A stretch of DNA of 64,000 bases from Myxococcota bacterium (GTDB lineage: Bacteria > Myxococcota_A > SURF-8). Where the stretch lies: assembly GCA_965140415.1 (NCBI GenBank), contig OZ223209.1:5280001-5344000 (forward strand), written 5' to 3'. Shown piece by piece: positions 39,243 to 47,503 of this stretch (within the stretch, counting starts at the first letter, position 1; every line of letters begins with the position of its first letter). The notes below the pieces were generated by a model. That model ran no database searches and was not told the origin of the DNA. It saw only the letters and a program-made list of their open reading frames with translations. A program made the position numbers and the translations under genes.

Positions 39243-40669
39243 GAGGGATTCTCCAGATTTGCAGCTTGCATACGTTGTCTGCGAATGCGCAGCAGGCTGC
39301 GGAACATCGGTTCGTCCAGTTTCAATTGCGCCCGTTGCTGCATGGCCTGCTGGATCATCTCCGGGTCCGGGCTGGATTCCAGCGCCGGAATGCAATTTGG
39401 ACGGATAGCGGCGGCCTGTTCGATTCGTTGTGCCAAACGCTGCCTGCCGATACTCGATGATACGTAAAACACCGGACGCAACAGGGAATCCGCAGCCTTT
39501 ATCACACCTTCCTCGCTGGCGATGCGGTGCAGAGCCGTATTCGGATAAATACGAATTCCCTGAGTGATATGAACCATGTCCACCGGATCAATGAAACGGT
39601 CGATGAAATCCAGGCTTTCATCTATGGTCTTGTCCGTTTCGCCGGGCGCGCCGAAAATGAAAAACCACATGGTCGGCATGTCGAGTTTTTTCAAGATGTT
39701 GGCGCACTGCTCCAGCTTTTTGCGGGTGAAGGTTTTCTGAAATGCTTTCAACATGGCCGGGCTGGCGCTGTCGGGAGTGCAATCGATCTGAGCGAAACCG
39801 GCCTGCCGCATCAACTCGATCAACTCTTCCGTTACTCCACCCGGATTGACTCCCATGGTGCGCAGTCGCACCCGCAGACCACGACGAATGATTTCCCGGC
39901 AGATATCCAGGGCATGCGACAAGGGATGGTTGAAGGTGGAATCCACGAACTCGAAGGTCACGTCTCCAAGCCGCTGCTGGGCATCCTCGATTTCGTCTAC
40001 AACCTGATTCACAGGTCGCAGGCGATACTGGCGGCCTTCAATCGTAGGATAGACGCAATACAGGCAATTCAGCTTGCAACCACGCTTGGTTTGAATCGAA
40101 TAGCTTCCCCTGCGGCTGTAAGGGGACCAGTCGAGCCAGCGGTCCAGATGCGCCGGAGGCAGGTCCAATTCGCCATCCTGGATATCAAGCGGCTTGGCCG
40201 CTATGGCGTCGGGCGTTAGTACACCGGGGATTTCCGAAGGATCGCCACCCTTGTCAAGACACTGTAATAACAAGGGAAACACGCGCTCGCCTTCGCCGAT
40301 CACACCGTAATCCGCGCCGAAATCCCATAAAATCGCCTGACCGAAGACGCTGAATCCGGCTCCTCCCAGAATCACGGGAGCCGCGCTTTCTTCGCGGATC
40401 AACGGCATAAATGAGTCTCGGATACCATCCAAATAATAGACGTCGCTGCCCATGACGACATCATCGATGTTGCGAATACCCAAGCCGATGTAATCCGGTT
40501 GAAAATCGCGCAGCAGTTCGCGAAGACCGTCGGTTTTGCGGAAGGTGGCATCGAACAGGCGCACTTCGTAAGCGTTGGCGATGGCACCCGCTACCAGCCC
40601 CAGACCCAACGGCAGAACCGGATAGGGAGCTTTTTCGGAATTGGTATTGATTAAAAGGACTTTCTTCAT
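39239..40669 (-). CDS. B12-binding radical SAM protein (resembles lipid-biosynthesis type)
   Basis: PYPVLPLGL, GIRNIDD, QTKRGCKLNCLYC, FVDSTFN. Confidence 0.88.
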   Translation of the reverse strand: MKKVLLINTNSEKAPYPVLPLGLGLVAGAIANAYEVRLFDATFRKTDGLRELLRDFQPDYIGLGIRNIDDVVMGSDVYYLDGIRDSFMPLIREESAAPVILGGAGFSVFGQAILWDFGADYGVIGEGERVFPLLLQCLDKGGDPSEIPGVLTPDAIAAKPLDIQDGELDLPPAHLDRWLDWSPYSRRGSYSIQTKRGCKLNCLYCVYPTIEGRQYRLRPVNQVVDEIEDAQQRLGDVTFEFVDSTFNHPLSHALDICREIIRRGLRVRLRTMGVNPGGVTEELIELMRQAGFAQIDCTPDSASPAMLKAFQKTFTRKKLEQCANILKKLDMPTMWFFIFGAPGETDKTIDESLDFIDRFIDPVDMVHITQGIRIYPNTALHRIASEEGVIKAADSLLRPVFYVSSSIGRQRLAQRIEQAAAIRPNCIPALESSPDPEMIQQAMQQRAQLKLDEPMFRSLLRIRRQRMQAANLENPS

Positions 40670-40858
40670 ACACGTCGCTCGCAAGATTGCAGAATTTATT
40701 CGAACATTTATCAGGTTACGAAAAATACGGGCTTTTCGTATGAGAGTCAAGCTTGACGCGCACGCCAATATTGACTTTTTGTCAGATTCATTTTACGTTT
40801 CCACGGTCGAACGGCTATAATCCGCAACAGTAGTAATAGTAAAAGCGGTCCTTAGTCA

Positions 40859-41284
40859 ATGAAAACGAGGCGATGGATGACCAAACAGCTGCGTGATGAG
40901 TTCACCTTCCCGGTGACAGTCGAATTCGAGGATGTCGATTCCTACCAGATCGCGCATCATTCCAAGTACGTGTTATACCTGGAACGGGCGCGGCTGCGAT
41001 ATTTCAAAAGCTTGAATTTCAAGCTGGATGCCGGTTCGACCAACGCGGTGCTGTATCACCTGGATATGCAGTTCAAGAAAGTCGCCCGGCTGCTGGATGA
41101 ACTGACAGTCTCCGTTTTCGTGGAAAGCGTGGATGCCTACCGCCTGACGTTGGGATATCGCATCCGCAAAGGGGACGAGCTGATGGTGCGAGCGAAAACC
41201 GTGCTGGCGTTCATCGACTCCGCAAACAAAGAACTGGTTCCCATCCCCCCGGAGTATCTGGAACGCGGAGGATGGACGATTTAA
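40859..41284 (+). CDS. Acyl-CoA/ACP thioesterase (YbgC/4HBT hotdog fold)
   Basis: VEFEDVDSYQIAHHSKYVLYLERAR. Confidence 0.88.
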   Translation: MKTRRWMTKQLRDEFTFPVTVEFEDVDSYQIAHHSKYVLYLERARLRYFKSLNFKLDAGSTNAVLYHLDMQFKKVARLLDELTVSVFVESVDAYRLTLGYRIRKGDELMVRAKTVLAFIDSANKELVPIPPEYLERGGWTI

Positions 41285-41342
41285 CAGCTTGAATGAACAA
41301 GACCGAATCAATCGAGACCGAATCAATACGGAATAGTAAGAA

Positions 41343-42791
41343 ATGAAAATTTGCCTGATCATGTCCGCCTCGCCTACCGATGCACTGCGAGGCTTCGAAC
41401 CCTTCATGCCGCTATCATTGCCTCTGCTGGCAGCGACGGCTCCCGATCACGACTATACGTTGATCGATCAACTGGCCAGCAATGATTCCGTCGATTTCGA
41501 GCGTCATTACGACCTGGTCGGTATCAGCATGCGTATGACGGCGGAAGCGGAAGCGTATCGAATTGCAGATGAATTCAGAAAACGCGGCGTGCCGGTGGTG
41601 ATCGGTGGACCACAGGCAACTGCCCTGCCGCAACGAGCCAAACGACACGCAGATGCCGTTGCCGTCGGTGAGGGCGAGGCGCTATGGCCGATCATCGTTT
41701 CCGATGCCGAACGTGAAGACCTGCACGATTTCTACGTCTGTTCCCCCAAACCTTTCGAAGCCGGGGATGCGCGCGTGTTCCAGTTTCAAGGTTACCCGGA
41801 ACTGGCCGGTCTGGCGCAGCCCTTGCGCAAGCTGTACCCCAAACGCTATCGTTTCGACACGGTCTTCGCCTCGCGTGGCTGTCCGATCAACTGCGACTTC
41901 TGTGCTGTAAGCGGCATGTATGGCTACCGGGCGCGACTGCGACCGGTGGAAGAAGTTGTAGACGAGATCCGAAAATTCAAGAGTTTCTACTACCTGCTGG
42001 ACGATTCGGTTTTCGGGCGGCCTTCTACCTATGATTACTACCTGGAACTGTACGATGCCTTGGCGAAATTGCCGAAAAAGCAGTTCTGGGTCGGACAGGC
42101 AAACCTGGGCGCAATCGCCGATGAAAAAGGGCGCGAAGTCATTCGCCGCGCGGTGGACGCCGGATTCCTGTATGCCATGGTCGGCATGGAATCGATCAAT
42201 CCGCAAGTGTTGGAAAAAACCGGTGTCTTGCGCAAAGCCGGATTGCAAAAGGCTTCACAGGCCGTAGAGGAAATGAAGGAGCAGATCGCATTCCTGCAAG
42301 ACTTGGGTATTGTGGTCAGCGGCTGGTTCACCATGGGCTACGACGATGACAGCCTGCAAACCTACTACGACACGCTGCGTTTCTGCCTGGAAACGAAAGT
42401 CCTGCCGGTGCTCTCGCCGGTCAACGCTCTGCCTGCCACTCCGCTATACGAGCGACTGGCAAAGGAAGGTCGCCTGGATAACGCAGACAGCCTGACCAAC
42501 TATCCGCAACCCAAGATCCCCAAAGAGGACATCATTCAGGCACTGCGCCACAGTGTGGACGAGGGTTACAGTCTGTCCGTCAACTGGAAGAGGCTGGTTT
42601 TTTACCGCAAACGATTCCGCAACGTCAACGGCTCCAGCCCGGAGGACCGCATCAAGAAAACGATTTTCACGGCGATTCTGCAACGCAACATGCCCAAGAT
42701 TCTGCGGCGTGAAATCGACAATCTCGCGAACGAGCAGTCGCAGAATTATTACGAAACAGAGGAGGAACGCAGGGGAGGCAACCTTGGGTAG
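41343..42791 (+). CDS. B12-binding radical SAM protein
   Basis: PLSLPLLAA, VVIGGPQAT, SRGCPINCDFC. Confidence 0.88.
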   Translation: MKICLIMSASPTDALRGFEPFMPLSLPLLAATAPDHDYTLIDQLASNDSVDFERHYDLVGISMRMTAEAEAYRIADEFRKRGVPVVIGGPQATALPQRAKRHADAVAVGEGEALWPIIVSDAEREDLHDFYVCSPKPFEAGDARVFQFQGYPELAGLAQPLRKLYPKRYRFDTVFASRGCPINCDFCAVSGMYGYRARLRPVEEVVDEIRKFKSFYYLLDDSVFGRPSTYDYYLELYDALAKLPKKQFWVGQANLGAIADEKGREVIRRAVDAGFLYAMVGMESINPQVLEKTGVLRKAGLQKASQAVEEMKEQIAFLQDLGIVVSGWFTMGYDDDSLQTYYDTLRFCLETKVLPVLSPVNALPATPLYERLAKEGRLDNADSLTNYPQPKIPKEDIIQALRHSVDEGYSLSVNWKRLVFYRKRFRNVNGSSPEDRIKKTIFTAILQRNMPKILRREIDNLANEQSQNYYETEEERRGGNLG

Positions 42792-43194
42792 ACCCTTTAA
42801 ACCGAGAAAACCGGCGGCGAGCAGTGGCTCAGCGGCGGATATCGTGCAGCGCATCAAGCAACAACGGGAGGAAGAACGCACGGAGTTCGACTACCGCTCC
42901 TTAAGTCTGCGTATCCACGGTCACATCTGCGCCCGCTGCGGGCGCGAATTTTCCGGCAAGGATCTGCGCCTGCTCACCGTACACCACAAGGATGGCAACC
43001 ATCACAACAACCCTCGCGACGGCAGCAACTGGGAAAACCTCTGCGTTTATTGCCATGAGGATATTCACTCGCGCGAGATTCTGGCCGGTCAGATCGACAC
43101 CGACGGCGACACCCTGACCCGCTCCGACTCCGGCGATTCTGAAGGCATGGTCAGCCTGGCCGACAAACTAAAGGCAGCACTGGAGAAGAAGTAA
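42784..43194 (+). CDS. YajD-family HNH nuclease
   Basis: CARCGREF..LTVHHKDGNHHNNP.DGSNWENLCVYCHE; TTG start after aggggagg. Confidence 0.85.
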   Translation: MGRPFKPRKPAASSGSAADIVQRIKQQREEERTEFDYRSLSLRIHGHICARCGREFSGKDLRLLTVHHKDGNHHNNPRDGSNWENLCVYCHEDIHSREILAGQIDTDGDTLTRSDSGDSEGMVSLADKLKAALEKK

Positions 43195-43392
43195 GAGGAG
43201 AATTTACCTTACTCCCTAAAGGAAATAAGGGAGTCCACAAGGAGAGTTCACGAGGGGAGTTAATGACACAAGAACTTCATCCCACCGTTCTTCAAACTGA
43301 GCGACACAGAACGGCTTCTTCTCCGAAACTCCAACAATCGACTCAGGGGATCCAAGCCCCTTTAAGAGTTCCACTATTTTCCATCAAGAATC

Positions 43393-43422
43393 TTGACAAG
43401 CCTGAAAGATGCTGCTAAGAAT
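43393..43422 (+). promoter_or_regulatory. Putative sigma70 promoter for the tRNA
   Basis: TTGACA-N17-TAAGAA(T), ~17 nt before the tRNA. Confidence 0.55.
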
Positions 43423-43438
43423 ATCGCTCGATTTGAGC

Positions 43439-43514
43439 GCCAACGTAGCTCAGCTGGTAGAGCAGCTGATTCGTAATCAGCAGGTCAGCGGTTCGAGTCC
43501 GCTCGTTGGCTCCA
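43439..43514 (+). tRNA. tRNA-Thr(CGT)
   Basis: GCCAACG/CGTTGGC acceptor stem, GCTGA-TTCGTAA-TCAGC anticodon arm, TTCGAGT T-loop, encoded CCA; 76 nt. Confidence 0.97.
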
Positions 43515-43521
43515 TGATTTC

Positions 43522-43556
43522 AAGCACTTACGGTTCTAGCTGTAAGTGCTTTTTTC
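43522..43556 (+). terminator. Terminator hairpin after tRNA
   Basis: aagcacttac..gtaagtgctt followed by T run. Confidence 0.7.
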
Positions 43557-43797
43557 TTTCCGTCGTGCATCCGTCGTACAGAGGCGGAAAATTAGGGCAA
43601 AAAACTTACAGCACGATATATGGTAGGCGTTCACGCTCATTCGTACGTTCTTGTACGTTCATTCCCCCAAACCCGCCCCGATTGGGAGCAACCCCCGTCT
43701 TCCGCATTAGGATCCCTATCGATATTCGATAAGCCTCGCCAAATACGAAGACCCCGAAATCGCCTTGCCTCGCCTGGATCCGCAAAGTTCCATCCCT

Positions 43798-44658
43798 TCA
43801 CATCGCCTTCCAGGTTGCGATGTACTCCGCCACACCAGCATGGATGTCCGCTGGGCTGTCCATCGTCCAGGCTCCCGACAAGCCCAATGCCTTCGCCGCA
43901 GCTTCCAGGTGCTGCATGGCGATGCCCATGTCGATCATCTGCAGGTCCGTGGAGGGCACCAGCCGTCGGTAACGTGGCGTGCGGGCCAGGTAGAGGTGTA
44001 GGTTCTCTCCGTCCATCACGATCCGCCATGGCTGCTTGTTCGAGGCGGAAGGGCCGATGCGCACCATCTCAAGCACCTCGGCGTACTCCCCGGCTCTCTC
44101 ATGGCTCAGCGGGTACGTGAAGTCGCTGTCGAAGAATAGCTCGCCAAAGGGCTTGCGGTTATTCGCCTTGGCGCCCCAGCGGATGAGCCGCTTCACTGTC
44201 CCTTTCCGCTTGGCGGGAACCCCGAGCGCCAGGATGGCGGGCACCCAGCTCCGATCATCCAGCCGCAACACCTGCGCGTATTCCTTGCGGCTGAAGGTGC
44301 CGCCCAGCCAGCACGTGCCCAGGCCCAGGCACGTCATCTCAAGGACGATCTGCTCCATGACATAGCCGAAGTCCACCTCGGCCATTTTGCCATGTTTCAG
44401 CGCCCCGGCCACGAAGTACGGCGCGCCCGAAATAAAGCCGTAGGTGCCGAGCCGGACCTTTTCGTCTTGTTGCGCCTTGCTGCGCTCGATCAGGGCGAAG
44501 CGGACCTGGTGGCCGAAGGGGCCGGATCCCGGATCGACAAGGATCGCCTCGACCTTATGGCGGACACCCGGATTCAAGGGCTGATCGGCGTAGGTGCGGA
44601 CGGATCGGCGGTTGCGGATGGTGTCGAGCGTGGAAATGGTATCAGTTCCTTCTTGCAT
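43798..44658 (-). CDS. Nitroreductase family protein (tandem-domain type)
   Basis: RRSVRTY, LGLGTCWLGGTF, GPSASNKQPWR, IDMGIAMQH. Confidence 0.88.
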   Translation of the reverse strand: MQEGTDTISTLDTIRNRRSVRTYADQPLNPGVRHKVEAILVDPGSGPFGHQVRFALIERSKAQQDEKVRLGTYGFISGAPYFVAGALKHGKMAEVDFGYVMEQIVLEMTCLGLGTCWLGGTFSRKEYAQVLRLDDRSWVPAILALGVPAKRKGTVKRLIRWGAKANNRKPFGELFFDSDFTYPLSHERAGEYAEVLEMVRIGPSASNKQPWRIVMDGENLHLYLARTPRYRRLVPSTDLQMIDMGIAMQHLEAAAKALGLSGAWTMDSPADIHAGVAEYIATWKAM

Positions 44659-44670
44659 GAATTGTCTCCT

Positions 44671-45444
44671 TCACATCACCCCCAGCACCCAGCCTTCCAT
44701 CGTTTCCGCGATATCGAGTTCCGCTTCCGTCAACTGCGGATGAAAGTACGCCTCTAGGCGACCGGTAAGGTCCATTTCGGATAACCAGCGCGCCACCGCG
44801 TAGGCGTCGTGTTCGTGCGGATTGCGATCCGTTTTGGAATATCGGCGGCTGAACATAGATGGATAGATTTCCGCGATGACCGATTTGTCCTCCGGCGGCG
44901 TCCAACCATCAAAGGGCCAGAAATGGACCCGGTCGCCGATTTCCTTTCGGATGTGTGCCAACCAGGGGATGCCCGCCCAGCTCGATTTCCCCACCATGCC
45001 GGGACCGTCAAAGCGAAACACGCTCTTAGCGCTCGGTGTCCAGGTTTCAGTGATTCGTAGCTCGTCGGGAAAACCACCTGGTGGCGGTGAATCATAGACT
45101 TCCCAAAGCATATCGACGTAAACGGCTTCATGCGCGGGCCACAGGCGGGGAAAGACTTCCAGCAACTGGTTCCAATCGCGCACGCCCTGGCGTTTGAACC
45201 AGGCAAGAGGCAAAGAAAAGCAATGGTCGATACCAACAATGATCCGTTCGGAGGACAGGCGCTCGACCAGCCACTCAGCTATGATCCGTCGGGACCATTT
45301 CTGGGGGCCGTGTGGACGAGCGTCCGGAGTAGAGACGCGCCGGGGTGCCTCGCCTTTGTCGGATTGGTAGACAGCCAGTCCTTTCAGGCGGCTTTCAGCC
45401 GTTTCCGCCCCGGAGTAGTCAATGCCGATGTATGAGTCGTACAT
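44671..45444 (-). CDS. Predicted RNase H-fold protein (DUF429-like)
   Basis: YIGIDYSGA, VGIDHCFSLP, R.TE, FWPFDGW, AEIYPS, HEHDA, EGWVLGV. Confidence 0.6.
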   Translation of the reverse strand: MYDSYIGIDYSGAETAESRLKGLAVYQSDKGEAPRRVSTPDARPHGPQKWSRRIIAEWLVERLSSERIIVGIDHCFSLPLAWFKRQGVRDWNQLLEVFPRLWPAHEAVYVDMLWEVYDSPPPGGFPDELRITETWTPSAKSVFRFDGPGMVGKSSWAGIPWLAHIRKEIGDRVHFWPFDGWTPPEDKSVIAEIYPSMFSRRYSKTDRNPHEHDAYAVARWLSEMDLTGRLEAYFHPQLTEAELDIAETMEGWVLGVM

Positions 45445-45448
45445 GGTT

Positions 45449-47497
45449 TCACCCAAATTCGTGGCGTCCGTTTGACCGGTTTCGAGCAAAAAGCGTCTTC
45501 GCAAATGCGGCAATCGAACCACCAGACAATGCGGTTTTATCCATCAACTGATAGGTTGTTCCATCCTCCAGCCAAATCATACCTGTTGCCGTCTCCAGGC
45601 ACATGCTTGGCGTGCTCTCACCAGATAGAAACCAGAAGCGATAAGCCGGGATGCCGAGCAGGTCGTCTGGCAGGTGATGTTCCAAGCGACGCCCTGCGTC
45701 CGGGAAGGATTGGAAATCTCTCCGTACCCCGCAGCCCTCATCGCCGGAGCTGTCGAAATAGCCGTTGTGGCAATCAACTCGAGAGGCAGTGGTAAGCGCC
45801 CGTATGAGGTAGGCGGCAATGAATTCGTAGACGTAAACAGCCGGTGTTGGCATTGGCGTCGGTCCATCCGGCTTGTGGCCGATCCAGCGCAAACATGCCT
45901 CCGGTAGATTCTCCCTGTTTGCGACAAGCTCCATCCAGTCCCGACGTCGGTTTAGCGTCCGGTTACCGTTCAGTGCGGAAAAGACATGGAAGCCGCCCTT
46001 GAGATTGAGATCGGCAATGTGTTGGTTGTTCCGATCATGAAGGGATAGGCAATGATACTGCCCGCCACCGGGATAGGTTTCGATCAGCTTTAGATCAGGC
46101 CGCATTCGGAGAATCACCGCCATGGCCGAAAAGGCATGGGCCATTAGAAAGGTTGGATTACTGAAGTTGCGCCGCTGTTGCTCTTGACTCATGGCCAGAA
46201 GGTTGCGCAATGACGCACGAAGCGCTTCTCGCGCTTCTATATCTCCCAGAGGATGGCTGATGTTGACTTCTCGCACCAGGATACGGCGCGCCGAATCTTC
46301 CTCTTCACGTCTCTGATGGCGGTAGGTGGTCGCATGTGTTGTGTTGTCAGACAGCTTCGGACTTAGCGGATAAAGCAGTGTGACGCGTCCGACATCGTAC
46401 TCCCGTCCATAGGCGTACATCTGGTAGATGTCGCTCTGGGATACGCCCCCATGTGGCTGACTGGAATCGAGTTCCTTCCACTTCGTGTCGATCAGTTCCG
46501 AGATCGTTCTTTCGCGGAAAACACCGATGTCGGGACACAAGCGGAATTCACCTCTGCCGTTCCGGCGAAGTAGATGCTTCGACGCCAGCTGCGGTTCGAT
46601 GGTGATGTTCGGATCATCGACGGCTGCCTTCAATTCCTCGGCAATGAAGCGTTCGAAGACGACATTCATGTCGAACATAAGCGAATAGACTTCGCGCCCG
46701 CCGGTGTCCCGCTCGCCGGACGTTGCGCCGATGATCAGCGTCGCCAGATTGAGCAGCGGCTCGAAGCGCTTCAGGTTTCGGTCGAGGGGAAGATGCTCCC
46801 CGTTCATCAATTCAACAGGCTCGTCCGCCACATCGTCGAAAAGTGCGACTAATTGAGTTGCACGGCGCGAGACGTCGTTGCTGAAGACCTGCCGCTCACA
46901 GATGCGTAAGGCTGATTTAAGGCGTCGCGAGAAACGATTGTCGGACTCAAATTCGTCTGCCGCCGTGAAGAAACGTTCCTTGTGAACCAGGTTGTGGCGG
47001 ATTTGCTCCTGGAAAAGCAGCTTGCCGCGCAGGTACGGGCGATTCTCTTCCTCCCTTACATATCGTCGAATCGGTCCTCGCGTCCATTCGCGGAACAATT
47101 CCCGCACGTAAAGATCCATGAAAGCTACGATCAGCGGGTTATCCGAATGCGCCAGTGCCGCGATGTGAGCAGGATGAACCGGCACCAGTCCGGCTGTGGC
47201 GATCATGTGCAGCAAATTTTCCATTGAGCCGCACAGGCCGTCTGGATCATTCGGACGGTCGATTTTCGGAACGACATCGACACAAGTCGATCCCACACCT
47301 AACGAGCCGACCCATTGGGTCGCCTTCAAGCTGTCCAAACCGAGCTTGAAATAATCGATACCTATACGTTTCTGGTAGCGATCGATAGCATAGGCCTGTT
47401 GTCGGCTTAGCGAGCGTTCATTCACATGGAATCCGTCCGAGACAATGATTGTCTCGTGCTCGCGGATCAAGATGCGTTGGCCTCGTCCCATCACCAT
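45449..47497 (-). CDS. mcrC: McrC-family PD-(D/E)xK nuclease with ~245-aa C-terminal extra domain
   Basis: VVPKI, LRGKL, FDMNVVFERF, PDI..IDTKWK, DIYQMYAY. Confidence 0.88.
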   Translation of the reverse strand: MVMGRGQRILIREHETIIVSDGFHVNERSLSRQQAYAIDRYQKRIGIDYFKLGLDSLKATQWVGSLGVGSTCVDVVPKIDRPNDPDGLCGSMENLLHMIATAGLVPVHPAHIAALAHSDNPLIVAFMDLYVRELFREWTRGPIRRYVREEENRPYLRGKLLFQEQIRHNLVHKERFFTAADEFESDNRFSRRLKSALRICERQVFSNDVSRRATQLVALFDDVADEPVELMNGEHLPLDRNLKRFEPLLNLATLIIGATSGERDTGGREVYSLMFDMNVVFERFIAEELKAAVDDPNITIEPQLASKHLLRRNGRGEFRLCPDIGVFRERTISELIDTKWKELDSSQPHGGVSQSDIYQMYAYGREYDVGRVTLLYPLSPKLSDNTTHATTYRHQRREEEDSARRILVREVNISHPLGDIEAREALRASLRNLLAMSQEQQRRNFSNPTFLMAHAFSAMAVILRMRPDLKLIETYPGGGQYHCLSLHDRNNQHIADLNLKGGFHVFSALNGNRTLNRRRDWMELVANRENLPEACLRWIGHKPDGPTPMPTPAVYVYEFIAAYLIRALTTASRVDCHNGYFDSSGDEGCGVRRDFQSFPDAGRRLEHHLPDDLLGIPAYRFWFLSGESTPSMCLETATGMIWLEDGTTYQLMDKTALSGGSIAAFAKTLFARNRSNGRHEFG

Positions 47498-47503
47498 GGC
47501 TGA

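Noticed and set aside
43227-43265. Three loose ~13-bp purine-rich repeats before the tRNA promoter
   Set aside because: Too short and degenerate to separate from chance.
43409-43732. 107-aa ORF
   Set aside because: Overlaps tRNA-Thr and its terminator; spurious.
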